Translations under genes and position numbers: made by a program
In this document: piece after piece, positions 1 through 10,468 of the stretch
How positions within the stretch are numbered: the first letter of the stretch is position 1
Layout of the letters: every line of letters begins with the position of its first letter
NCBI GenBank assembly: GCA_963813715.1
Contig: CAWFAK010000013.1
Span: 77,523 to 141,522, forward strand
Length of the DNA stretch: 64,000 nt
Origin: an uncultured Planctomycetaceae bacterium
Lineage (GTDB): Bacteria; Planctomycetota; Planctomycetia; Planctomycetales; Planctomycetaceae
Direction of reading: 5' to 3'
The notes under the pieces: generated by a model
Told to the model about the DNA's origin: nothing
The model's input: the letters and a program-made list of their open reading frames with translations, nothing else
Database searches by the model: none

Positions 1-66
1 AACATCGGGTAAGGGCACTCGCTGAGCGAGCTCAGCAGTGGCACACAGGACGGGGTTTCCCCGGTC

Positions 67-1973
67 TCAGGCACGCCGGATGAAGTGGGCGGCGAAGCTG
101 CGGATTTGGCGGCCGTTGAGGACGTGGAACATTCGCAGCTGTTGGATTGTCGCCTGGCTGAAGCGGCTGAGCGGGATGTGGACGAGCTTGCGGCGGTATT
201 TGCGCCAGGCGGCGGATGCCGGGGCCCGGCGGTGCGGCGCTCAGCAGGGCGACGTGTTTTTCGCGGCTGTAAAAACAGCCGGCGGCGATCAGACGCTCTT
301 CGAGCGTGTCGGTGAAATCGAAACGGCGGTCACGCCAGACGTCGCGGATGGGCCGCGGCGGGAAGAGGAACATCGCTCCGCCGTAGGTCGCCAGCGCGAT
401 CCCCGGGCCGATCGTCTCCTTCCCGAAATCGGTGGCGTAGAACGACAGGGTCGATTCGTCGTGGCTTTCGGCGTGCCAGGTGATCCGCCAGGGATAGTCG
501 CGGGGATCGGCCGGCGCATCGAAGAGCATGATCACGCAATCGAGGTTTCCGCGCGCGGGCGGAAAAATCTTTACGTAAAGTTCGCCCGTGTGCCAGTTCC
601 GCAACGTCTCGCGGAGGTCGAGCCCGTCCTTGAGACTCGTGGAGAACTTTTCCGTGCGGGCCAGGTCGTTGCCCAAGAGCGCGAGCGCCGCGTCTTTGAC
701 GTGCGTGCGGAACCGCTCGATGGCGACGTCTTCCGGCGGCCAGCTGCATTGGCTATACGGATTCCATTGCATCCGCCATTTGAGCTGATCGGGGCGCGGC
801 GGTCGGGGTCGCAGCTCGCAGCGCCGCCAGACGACCGCCTGGCCGGGAAGCCGATTCTTCATTGTCACAATTTCGCCGTCGGGCAACCGCGCCTGATTGA
901 TGCCCATCTGCATCCGGGCGAAGGGAGCCGGACCGGCGTCGAGATACTCGCGGGCCGTCTCGGCGACGTGCAGGGCAAACTGGTCGCCGAAGACTTGCTG
1001 GGCCGCCGTCACCAGCGAGTACAAATCGGGCGTCATCCGCCGCTCGACGAGAGACAAGTTGCGGACGTACTGGAAATAGACCGAGAGGAGCTTGGGTGTG
1101 ACCGCGCGGGCCAACGACTTGAGATCGCTGGCATAGCGATCGCGGGCTGCCAGCACGAGCGACTTGATGCCGTCGATCGACAGGTTCTCGTCGTCGTCCA
1201 GGTTGGCACGGGCCCGCTCGTACTCCGCGGTGACGAAGGGCAGCTCGCCCAGGAAAAATGCCAGCGTCGCCGCCTGCACGGAGACGATCCGCGTCGGCTC
1301 GACGAAGTCTTCTTCTTCGTCGAGCGGGCGGCCGTCGCGGTAGGCGTCGCGAATCCAGGGCCAGTCCATCAGCGAGCAGAGAAACAGAATCGACGAGTGC
1401 CGGCGACTCCAACTCGCGGAGCCGGGCGGCCATCGTGAGGCAGCGGTGCCGATGCTGCACGCGCCGCGGCGGTCCGATCGCCGGCAGCACGGCCGCGGCG
1501 AACCGCTCCACCGAGACACGTTTGAGCGCGTACGGGTCGGGCAGCACGGCCGTTTGCGGCTCGAAGGTTGCCGTCTCTCGATCGACGAACGCCCGCGGGA
1601 TTTGTTCCTGCAGGGCGAATCGCAGCCCGGCAATCACCCCCTGGCACGGATCGATGGGGACGTAGCTACACGACGGCCCGGCTTCTGCCGCCGGTTCCTC
1701 TGCCTCGGCGTCCTCGTCCGTGAAGGCATCGTCGGCCGCAGGCTCGTCCTCCGAAACAAAACGCGATTCGTCCTGCAGCACGGCCGAGATCGACGGCAAC
1801 ACCTCGACGGCCCGCTCGACGTCGGCCTGAAACGACGGGGGCAACGGCACCGCCAGGCAATCAAAGTCGGTGGCCAACAATCGCCGCCGCACTTCGATCG
1901 CATAATCGCCGCTGCCATGAATGATGGGCAAACAGGCAATCTTGGGACTGATGCGGAGAAAGTCGGAACTCAT
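67..1973 (-). CDS. Conserved hypothetical protein, probable MoxR partner (reconstructed across 2 frameshifts near 1395 and 200)
   Basis: The N-terminus of ORF 753..1973 (MSSDFLRISPKIACLPIIHGSGDY...) joins ORF 32..1633 (ILFLCSLMDWPWIRDAY...DGLDLRETLRNWH...). A third frame ends KYRRKLVHIPLSRFSQ...AHFIRRA with its stop at 67-69. The gene lies 38 bp downstream of the MoxR ATPase. Confidence 0.75.
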
Positions 1974-2011
1974 TTTGGCTCAGAGAAAGCTCGTGCGGCC
2001 GGGCCTCGCCC

Positions 2012-2986
2012 CTATTCTTCGTCGTCCTCTTCATCGTCATCGTCCTCTTCATCCTCGTCGTAATCGGGATTCAGGGGATCGTCGGGGGAGAAGAAGAAGT
2101 CACCCAGACCCATCGGGACCGCGTTGCTGCCCAGCTGGCGGGCCTTACGTTCAGCGAGCGAGTCGAGGTCGAGGGCGTCTTCGCCCAGGCACTTGGCCAA
2201 AGATTCTCGCCAGGCCTGGTCCTTGCCGAGCGGATGCTTGGGATCCTGTGCGATCCGCTTGAGGGCGTAGCGCAGCACGTTGATGCCGTCGCGCGACGAG
2301 AAATCGAGCTTGAGCTGGTGGGCGTTCTGCAGGAACTCGACCGTCAGGTTGAGCATCTCCGCGTCGGAGAACGGCAGGTGATAGCGGAGGATGGCCAACT
2401 CGTCCTCACGATTGGGATGCGACAACCCGAGCGTCGGCTGCAGGCGGCTTTGGATGTAGTCGGGGATCTCGAACGTCGACTCGTCTTCGTTCATCGTCAC
2501 CGCGCAGCGAAACTCGCGATGGGCGGGAATCACGATCCCGGCGACGATCGATTCAACGTAGCGGCGATGGTCCAGGAGCGGCGCCAGGCTCGCCCACGAC
2601 TTCTCGTTCATGCGGTTGCCTTCGTCCAGAAGGCAGATGCCGCCTTGAATCATCGCCGAGACGAGGGGCGAAGCGTGGTACTTGATGGTGCCGCTCTCGG
2701 CGAGGACGGGCGTCACCAGCAAGTCTTCCGGGCGCGTGTCGGCCGTGCACTGATACACGTAAAGCGACTGCTGGCGCTCGCGCGAAGCGGCAATTGCCAG
2801 CGTCGTTTTGCCGATGCCCGGCGGACCCATCAGCCGCGGCGTCAGCGGCAGGTCTTTTTCATCGACCACCAACCAGCAGGCCAGGATCTGTTTGAGGATT
2901 TCCCGCTGCCCGATCCAGGTCCCCTCCGAACGGTCGGGGGAGCCGAGATGCAGGCGAACGCCGTCGATTTCGTGGATCTGACTCAT
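2012..2986 (-). CDS. MoxR-family AAA+ ATPase with acidic C-terminal tail
   Basis: Walker A GPPGIGKT, Walker B LLDEGNR, sensor VTMN, arginine-finger region QSRL; D/E-rich tail. Confidence 0.9.
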   Translation of the reverse strand: MSQIHEIDGVRLHLGSPDRSEGTWIGQREILKQILACWLVVDEKDLPLTPRLMGPPGIGKTTLAIAASRERQQSLYVYQCTADTRPEDLLVTPVLAESGTIKYHASPLVSAMIQGGICLLDEGNRMNEKSWASLAPLLDHRRYVESIVAGIVIPAHREFRCAVTMNEDESTFEIPDYIQSRLQPTLGLSHPNREDELAILRYHLPFSDAEMLNLTVEFLQNAHQLKLDFSSRDGINVLRYALKRIAQDPKHPLGKDQAWRESLAKCLGEDALDLDSLAERKARQLGSNAVPMGLGDFFFSPDDPLNPDYDEDEEDDDDEEDDEE

Positions 2987-3143
2987 CTTAGTTCCGCAGA
3001 GTGTGTCCCGCAGAGATTATCGAGCGACAGCGTCGGCATCGAAAGGAGCGGCTCGGACGTGCGCGGGAAGGTTTTTCGCTCGAAGCACCCAGGTGGCGTG
3101 GACCGTCGGACCTTTCGGCTCAGGTCATGGGGGCGTCCTTCGG

Positions 3144-4953
3144 TCAGGCCTGCTCGGGGTCCTTGGGCCGCGGGACGTCCGCGATAACGGACATCGACGG
3201 ACAGGTGGAATCGTCGCGAAGCGGGGTCGAATCGTCCAGCCTCCGCAGGCAGACGAGGCACATATCGTCGCGCTGCGGGCGGGTGCCGCAGAAGTGATCG
3301 ACCTCGGTGACGATGGCCTTGGTCAATTCCTCGGCGGTGCCGGCCACGGAAGAAACGAATTGCTCGAGCCGCACTCGGCCGAACAGCTCGTTGGCCGCGT
3401 TCATCGCTTCGGTGATGCCGTCGGTGTAGACGACCAGGCTGGTTCCCGCCTCGAAAGGCAGCTTGAGTTCGCCGTAGGTGTACTCGGGATTAATCCCCAG
3501 CGGCATTCCCGATTCTTGGCGGCCTGTCGAGGCGGCCGTGCCGTCGGCCTTGCGGACGATGGGGGGCAGATGGCCGGCGTTGGCGATCGTGATTTCGTGC
3601 CGGACTGGATCGAGGATCAAGAGCACGAAGGTGACAAAGCGGTGCCCCATACTCTGCGAATAGATTTCGGCATTGAGGCCCGAGAGCACTTTGCCGGGCG
3701 TCGGCTGCGAGAACATGTGCAGCCGCACCGACGAATAGAGCCGGGCCATCAACAGCGCGGCGGGAATGCCTTTGCCGGCGACGTCGGCCAGGCCGATGGC
3801 GATCCGCCCGTCGTTGAGTGGGATGTAATCGAAATAATCGCCGCCGACGCGCTCGGCCGGCTCGTAATAATCGAAAAACTCGTAACCCGGCGGGCGCGGG
3901 ACGGACCTCGGGCAGGAAGCCGAGCTGCACCTGCGTGGCAAACCGGAGCTCGCGCTCGATGTCGGACCGGCGGAGCAAGTCTTCGTGCAGGCGGGCGTTT
4001 TCGATCGCCAGGATGGCCTGCGAGCCGACGCTGATCAGCACGTCCAGGTCGCTCTGGGTGAACTGGTGCCGCAGACTCTGAGTCTGTAACTGAATGGCGC
4101 CCAGGGATTCGCCCTTGGAGATCAGCGGGACGACGATCATCGAGCGGATGCTCAGACCGTCCAAGCTTTCGCTGGCGTCAAAGCGGCTATCCTCGAGCGC
4201 GTCGGCGCTGAGGATGGCCTCGCCGCTTTGCATGGCCGTCCGCAGAATGGTTTTGCTCATTCGGACGGAGCCGGTGGCGTCTCCGCCCCGGGCGAACGAC
4301 GCCTTGACGATATTTTCCCGTTCTTCGTTGCCGGCCAACATCACGAAGCCACTGTCGGCCTGCGGGAAAACTTTAAAGCACCCGTCGAGCAGGCTCTGCA
4401 GCACGTCGTCCAGCTTGAGCGTGCGGGCGAGCGTGTTGCTCATTTCCAGGATCGCGCGGAGCTTGACCTCCGGCTTGACCCCCAGGCGCATCGTGGGGAC
4501 CGACTTGGCGTCCATCGTGGTGATGATCGACGACGACTCGGTCGCATCATCGTCGGACGAATCCCCCGGGGCGAGCTGCGGCATCGCCCGCGTGCGGCGC
4601 GGATCATCGCGCGGGATTTCGCCACTCGGACGGCCGGGCGTGCTTTCGTCCCGATCTTCTTTGCGGGCGTGGAAGAATTGCAGGACGATGTCGCAGATCG
4701 TCACCTCGTCGGCGTCGTTCAGCGGCATCCGCGCGTCGATTGGCGTGCCGTTGAGAAACGTCCGGTTGCGGCTCCGCAGATCTTCCAGGAAAAAGCTGCC
4801 GCGGCGGTTGAGAATCTGCGCGTGCTGGCGGCTGACGGCCGCGTTATCGAGCACGATTTCGCAACTGGGATGCCGGCCCAGCACCATCCGCTCGCCGCGC
4901 AATTCCAGCACCTGCCCGGGGCGACTGCCTTTGATCACGTGCAGGAAAGCCAC
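3144..4953 (-). CDS. FHA-GAF-PP2C (SpoIIE/RsbU-like) Ser/Thr phosphatase (frameshift near 3900)
   Basis: FHA motifs LGRHPSC, VSRQHA and SRNRTFLN; GAF region (SIRSMIVVPL...AIENARL); PP2C motifs VGGDYFDY, ADVAGKG, YTDGITEA and DDMCLV, split over ORFs 3490..4953 and 3144..3941. Confidence 0.9.
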
Positions 4954-5310
4954 GATCCACGGCCTCTCAGGTTGGCGGATTCCGGCGCAAGAGCAGCGCT
5001 ACTTCCCAGCGCGAGGGGCCCGGTCCTGATTGTATGGTCAGGTCAAAACGCGGGTCAACGAGCCGCGCGGGGCGATTCCGTCACCGATCGATGGCTGAAT
5101 GACAGGCGCAGATTGCCATGCGGCACGATCAAACTGACGCGAAACTCATCTCGATGCCGCAATCGCCCCGAGTTTGGCCACCCTGGACAGCCCGTGCCCG
5201 CATTTCCAGAATAGGCCTGTTCCGCAATGATCCGGCGAATGACCCACGAGCGTTCGAGCAGGCGCGCCCGCGGCCGCACCTGACCGACGACCGGGGCAAA
5301 GGAGCACGAC

Positions 5311-5583
5311 GTGAAGAAGGAAGAAGTGCTGGCCAAGGTCGCCTCGGGGGACCTGTCGATCGAAGAAGCGTCCAAGATGCTTGCCGAGGAGGCGCCCAAG
5401 CGCGGCACCCTGTACTGCAAGGTGAGCCAGAAAGGGGCGATCAGCGTCTACGGCCTGCAGCGGATGCCCGTGACGCTCTACGTCGAGCAGTGGGAGCGGC
5501 TGCTCGGCTTCGCCGACGACATCCGCGGCTTCCTCAAAGACCACGATGCCGAGCTGAAGCGCAAAGAGAGCAAGGTGACCTAA
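5311..5583 (+). CDS. Small conserved hypothetical protein (SHOCT-like N-terminus plus KVSxKGAxSVYGL...PVTLY domain)
   Basis: AAGGAG RBS before the GTG start; typical codon usage; 90 aa. Confidence 0.8.
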   Translation: MKKEEVLAKVASGDLSIEEASKMLAEEAPKRGTLYCKVSQKGAISVYGLQRMPVTLYVEQWERLLGFADDIRGFLKDHDAELKRKESKVT

Positions 5584-5777
5584 GACCCGGGAGCGCGAAT
5601 GGGGAGTGCGATGCCCTCCCGGCTCGGATTTCGTGCTTTTCGGCAACCTAAGCGGGTCGCTGCTCGGCCCGTTGTTCGCGGTTGCCGGAGCCCATACGGG
5701 AACGACGCCAGAAACCAATCGCGTGGACCGAATCCGCGGGACGCCTCTAAAGGTGCGGGAGTTCGCGCGGGGGTCGC

Positions 5778-6353
5778 TTACGGAAACCAAGGCACGTTGC
5801 GGATGTGTTCGGCTCCCACGAGCTTGCAGATGGTCACCTCGCGGTCATCCCAGTTCACGCATCCCTTGTCGTAGCTCAAGTCGTTCCTCTTTAACGCCGC
5901 CTGCAATGTCGCGGCGGAGGGATCCGAAAACGCGCGAAGCAGGTCGGCCCAGTATTCCTCGTATTCCGCTGGAGTTGTGGCATCCCAGATTTCAGCGGCG
6001 TTCGTCTTGAAATATCGACTCTTTTGCTCCAGGAGGAACTCGACCCATTGCTCCCACAGCGCGAGTGTTTGCTCGTCCAGCAACTTCGCGAACGGCATTC
6101 GCAGGGAGCGAAGCCTCTGCCTGGCGACCGATGCTTCCGTGCACCAATTCGGTATCTGCGCGGAGACGCTCCCCGCATCGTCGTCATCTTCGTCGAGCTC
6201 ATAAACGTCGATCTGCCGCTCGGCAGGCACAAACAGGCTCGCCCAGAAAACGGGAATTTCGTGGGGTCCTTCAGCCAAGACTTCCGATTCCGGATCCTCG
6301 GACCAGGTAACGCTACGCTCCTCGACCGTCAACAAATAGGCGCGATTACCCAT
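5778..6353 (-). CDS. Hypothetical acidic protein
   Basis: 191 aa ORF with protein-like composition (Trp/acidic rich, EIPVFWASLF); ATG start; no family recognised. Confidence 0.65.
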   Translation of the reverse strand: MGNRAYLLTVEERSVTWSEDPESEVLAEGPHEIPVFWASLFVPAERQIDVYELDEDDDDAGSVSAQIPNWCTEASVARQRLRSLRMPFAKLLDEQTLALWEQWVEFLLEQKSRYFKTNAAEIWDATTPAEYEEYWADLLRAFSDPSAATLQAALKRNDLSYDKGCVNWDDREVTICKLVGAEHIRNVPWFP

Positions 6354-6439
6354 AGCATTTCCGGTAGATCATCAGCGCGTCGCGAGCAAGAAACTGCGCA
6401 TATTCGGACTTAGGGATTCGGCCGCTTCGGCGACGGCCG

Positions 6440-7714
6440 TTACCCTCGAAAGTGGCTTCGCCAGGCGGATTTCGTGCTTTTCGGCGTCTCGCGCTCCAGC
6501 GCGCCGATGTTGTAATCGTGGTACTCGGCGAAGTCTTTTTGGAAGCGGCTGACGATCCGCTGATCGACGACGAAGAGGTAGGCGAGCAGGGCCGCCCGAA
6601 TCCACATGCCGTTAAGCGCCTGGTGGAAGTACATGGCCCGCGGGTCGTTGTCGATATCGGTCGGAATCTCGCCGATGCGGCTGTCCCGCGGGAACGGGTG
6701 CAGGATCGGGGCGTAATCCTTCATACGGGCGACCAGCTCCCGCGTCAGGCAGTACTTCGACAGGTCGAAGTTGCGATACGCCTCCGCGTCGTCGGGCGTG
6801 TCGTGCTCGCGCTGAATGCGGGTCATGTAGAGGCAGTCGACCGCTTCGATCGCCGGGACGCCGTCGATTCGGTCCTCGAACGATTCCAGCTCGTAAATCT
6901 TGATGTGCTTGCGCATCAGCCGGTCGCGCAGGTCGCTTCCCAACCGCATTTTCGAGTGCGGCGGCGAGATGAAGCACATCGAGACGTCGTCGAAGAGTGA
7001 GAGCAGGCTGGCCAGCGACCGCACGGTCCGGCCGCGGCCGATGTCGCCGCAGAAGCCGTAGAGCTTGCCGTCGAGGCTTTTGGTCAGGTCGGGGTATTTG
7101 CGCCGCAGTTCGTCGTCGAAGCGGTTCCAGCGCGACGAATCCTTGGGGTGTTTGAACTGGAACGTCCGCTTGATGGTGTAGACGTCGAGCAGGGCTTGCG
7201 TCGGATGTTCGTCGGCCCCCGAGCCGGCGTTTACGATCGGCGCACTCCGGTGATCCATCAAATCCAGATCGTTCATCAGGTACGCGCAGGACTCAGCAAA
7301 GTTGGGCACCACGCTCCGCATGATTACGATGTCGAAGTAACTCGAGAACATGCGGATCGAGTCGAAGGGGGATTCGCCCTTGGCTTCCGAGGAGACGGAC
7401 GCGTCGCGGACTTCGTTGCAGGCGATGCCCAACATCTGGGCGGCGGCCGAGAACGAGAGGAACGTGCGGGTCGACGGCTGCGTGAAGTAGAGCATGGCCC
7501 GGTAGTTGGTCAGCAGGCTGCCGAGGAACCGCTTTCCCTCGCGAGATTTGTCCAACTGGCGGATCATATCGGCGATCCGCGCGAGGTCGTCGATCAGGTC
7601 GCGGTCGAACTGGGCGGAAAAGATCACGTGCCGCAGTCGCTCGCTGCGCTTGAGCTCAGCCAGCTTCATGTTGAGCGGCTGATTGAGACGCGACTCGAAG
7701 TCGTAGTATTCCAT
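6440..7714 (-). CDS. pyrB: Aspartate carbamoyltransferase catalytic subunit (long variant)
   Basis: PSTRT carbamoyl-phosphate motif, SSEAKGES, HPTQALLD, GRTVRSL, YMTRIQRE, HPFPR; start taken at MEYYDF. Confidence 0.85.
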   Translation of the reverse strand: MEYYDFESRLNQPLNMKLAELKRSERLRHVIFSAQFDRDLIDDLARIADMIRQLDKSREGKRFLGSLLTNYRAMLYFTQPSTRTFLSFSAAAQMLGIACNEVRDASVSSEAKGESPFDSIRMFSSYFDIVIMRSVVPNFAESCAYLMNDLDLMDHRSAPIVNAGSGADEHPTQALLDVYTIKRTFQFKHPKDSSRWNRFDDELRRKYPDLTKSLDGKLYGFCGDIGRGRTVRSLASLLSLFDDVSMCFISPPHSKMRLGSDLRDRLMRKHIKIYELESFEDRIDGVPAIEAVDCLYMTRIQREHDTPDDAEAYRNFDLSKYCLTRELVARMKDYAPILHPFPRDSRIGEIPTDIDNDPRAMYFHQALNGMWIRAALLAYLFVVDQRIVSRFQKDFAEYHDYNIGALERETPKSTKSAWRSHFRG

Positions 7715-7843
7715 GGCTTCCCCGCCTTCCCTGCCATGTGCGTGCCGCCGGACCTGCATGCCCGGCACCCGAACCCCCAGCACAACTATATCAGCGGCCG
7801 ACCCCGCGACCAATCACCCGGCAAACCAAGCAGTCTGCCCGCG

Positions 7844-10279
7844 CTACTTAATCTTCCCCGCATAGGAAAGGTCCTGCAGCAGGGCGTAGCGGATGACGTT
7901 GAAGGCGATACGGACCGCGTCGGCATGGTCGTAACCGGCGCAGGCGACGGAGGCCTGCCGCTCGAGGGCGCAGCTCAGGTCATACTTGCTGTAGATCACG
8001 CAGTAGCGACCGTTGACCTCGATGCCTTCCAGGTAAGGTTCCCCCTCCTTGAAGGTCGAATCGAGCGGGTCGTTCGCGTTGCCGCTCTGCGGAATGCGAC
8101 GTTTCACCCGTTGGATGGGGAAGCCGATTCCCGATGAGAAAAGCTCGTGCGTGATCGGAATCCGTTCGAGCTTTTTATCGGGGAAGATCTGGTGGACCAT
8201 TTCGCGAAAGCTCTTGTCGAACTGCGGCGAGCCACAGCAGCTGTCGGCGAAGAGCACGGCGCCATTCTGGAGATATTTGCGGAGGTTCTGGATTTCCTGC
8301 GGGCCCAGCTCGAACGTGGCCCGGCCGTGCATGTAGGCGAGCGGATAGCGGCGGAGCTGCGGATCGCTGGGCAGCAGATTTTTTTGCTGAGTCGACGCCT
8401 TCACGCCGGACCGCTCATTGAGGGCCATCAGCACGTTGTAGAGGGCTCGCGGAGCCGCGTCCCAATCGCCGGTGTGCCGGAGCTTGGCGACTTGCAGCAA
8501 TCCCCGTTGGATGTGGTCTTGCGGTCCGGCCGCCTCGACGTTTGGAGCGTCGAGCTTGTCGTAAGGCTCACGGCCCGTCGCGTAGGCCACCACGTTGGCG
8601 CCGACCTTCATCGCGTGCAGCACGAGCAGATTGAAGGCCGCGGTCCGATTGGGGACCGGCTGCAACGACCACTTGTCCCACAGGCACGAGTGATCGCGGG
8701 GCGCGTAGACGAACGACGTGCGACAGCCGAAGTCGACTCCCAGGAGCTCCGTCCCTTCGGGGTCGAGCGGAAACTCGGAGCGATAAATCGGATGCTCCGG
8801 CGGCAGCCGTTTGAGTTGTGCATCGCCCGGGTAAATCCGCGCGACCAGGTTCTTGATGCCCTCGTCGAAGCCGGCGCCGTTGCAGTTGTCGACGGCGAAG
8901 ATAAAGCCCCCTTGCTCGATATAGGCCCGCAGCAGCTTCACCTGGGGCTCGGTGAACTTCGGCTCGTCCAGTCCGCTGAGATAGAGAATGGGCGCCTGCA
9001 ACAAATCGCGGACGCTGCCGGTTGCCTCGACCTTGTCGAGATCGACCTGCTGATAGGTCAATAGCTTGGGCCACTTCGGCAAACCGCTGACGTAATCGGT
9101 GAGGTTGCGGGCGTCGTTCGGGTGCAGATTCCAGTTCGGCGGCTGCGCTGGTCCTCCGTAATTGAGCTTGTTGATCAGAACCGGGGCGAGCCCCTTCGAC
9201 AGGAACAACAGGGCGAAACTCGACCCAATCAACGGGTCGGCTTCGACACCGGCCGACGTGCTCCAGCTGCCGTCGCGCCGCGACTGCCGCTCGATCAAGT
9301 AAGCGGCCCCTTCGCGATACCAGTCGTGATTGCCAAAGAACCGCTGGCCCGACAGCCGTCCCGCCCGCTCGATGCCGTAAAGGTAGTAGAGGACCCAACG
9401 GCCCCCTTGCTCGCCCGGGTTGACGCCCACGGCGAAGTAGCGCGACAGCCATTGCTGGGCCCGCCGCAGGGCCTCCGTGGTTCGGTCGTTGCGATCACAG
9501 CACTTGGGCGAGCCGTCGGCGTTGGTGTCGTCGCCGATCGAGCCGAGCATCTGCTCGCAGATCACGATGGAGCCGATGCCCGCGCACGTCATGCTGCCCG
9601 TGCTGTGCTGATTAATCTGATAGCCCCAGCCGCCGTCTTCGTTTTGCGTTTTCAGGAAATGTTCGAGCGTGCGTTCCCAGGTCTTGCGGCCGATTTTGAT
9701 CCCTGCAATGGCTGCTTCCCGGAGACCGAGGATGGCGAATTGCGTGTTGCTGTTGTCCTCCGAGGCGACGTGAAGGCCATAGTTCCACATGCCGGAGGTC
9801 GGCCCCCCGTCTTTGACTTGAAAGTCCTCGAGCTGCGACGCGATTCCCGTCATGCGAATGCGGTCGGTATCCCACTGATGGGCGGCGGAGAAGGTCATCA
9901 GCATCAGCGACTGCTGATAAGTCGCATACGCGTACTGCGGATCGGGAACGTGTCGCAAAAATCGCAAGCCGCGGACGACAGACGGGTCGTCGGCCGGCAC
10001 GCCCGAGGTCAAGAGGGCCAGCATCGACGAGGCGCGGTGGCGCCGGACGCGTGGCCGCCCGCCGGGCCCGCCGCCAAACCCGTAGGAGCCCTCCGGGTTC
10101 TGCACGCGCATCAAGAATTGCTGCGCGGCACGGATTGATTCCTTCACGCGGGCCGCCGACAAATCCTGATCGGCCCGCGCCGACCGCAGCGGGGCGGTCG
10201 CCTGCCCGACGATCGCGGCGATCAGCAAGGCGTTCCAAAAACCGCCACATCGCCAGCGCATGAAAAATCGATTCCACAC
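7844..10279 (-). CDS. Secreted DUF4159 protein with prenyltransferase/squalene-cyclase-like repeats
   Basis: Signal peptide; QNPEGS, QNEDGGWGY and QSRRDGSW repeats; DNSNTQFAILGL; two DUF4159-like halves (GGFIFAVDNC, GAVLFADSCCG). Confidence 0.8.
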   Translation of the reverse strand: MWNRFFMRWRCGGFWNALLIAAIVGQATAPLRSARADQDLSAARVKESIRAAQQFLMRVQNPEGSYGFGGGPGGRPRVRRHRASSMLALLTSGVPADDPSVVRGLRFLRHVPDPQYAYATYQQSLMLMTFSAAHQWDTDRIRMTGIASQLEDFQVKDGGPTSGMWNYGLHVASEDNSNTQFAILGLREAAIAGIKIGRKTWERTLEHFLKTQNEDGGWGYQINQHSTGSMTCAGIGSIVICEQMLGSIGDDTNADGSPKCCDRNDRTTEALRRAQQWLSRYFAVGVNPGEQGGRWVLYYLYGIERAGRLSGQRFFGNHDWYREGAAYLIERQSRRDGSWSTSAGVEADPLIGSSFALLFLSKGLAPVLINKLNYGGPAQPPNWNLHPNDARNLTDYVSGLPKWPKLLTYQQVDLDKVEATGSVRDLLQAPILYLSGLDEPKFTEPQVKLLRAYIEQGGFIFAVDNCNGAGFDEGIKNLVARIYPGDAQLKRLPPEHPIYRSEFPLDPEGTELLGVDFGCRTSFVYAPRDHSCLWDKWSLQPVPNRTAAFNLLVLHAMKVGANVVAYATGREPYDKLDAPNVEAAGPQDHIQRGLLQVAKLRHTGDWDAAPRALYNVLMALNERSGVKASTQQKNLLPSDPQLRRYPLAYMHGRATFELGPQEIQNLRKYLQNGAVLFADSCCGSPQFDKSFREMVHQIFPDKKLERIPITHELFSSGIGFPIQRVKRRIPQSGNANDPLDSTFKEGEPYLEGIEVNGRYCVIYSKYDLSCALERQASVACAGYDHADAVRIAFNVIRYALLQDLSYAGKIK

Positions 10280-10468
10280 CGCGCCCGGCCCGCGGCAAGC
10301 GACTCGACCGCATCGATTTGCCGTCCGTACAGCGAACGTCCCGCACTCGCGTGTCCCGAGTGCGCGCGACAGCCGATTGCATTGTACGAGCCGGGCGGGC
10401 GGCCGGCAGCCTTCTCCGAGTAATCGCAGCGCAGGCGGACTGAGCGAAACGATTGCGGCACTCGACGA

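Noticed and set aside
7844..10279. Squalene-hopene cyclase or terpene biosynthesis gene
   Set aside because: It has only QW-like repeats with no DxDD catalytic motif, and the signal peptide plus DUF4159 domains fit a different, common planctomycete family.
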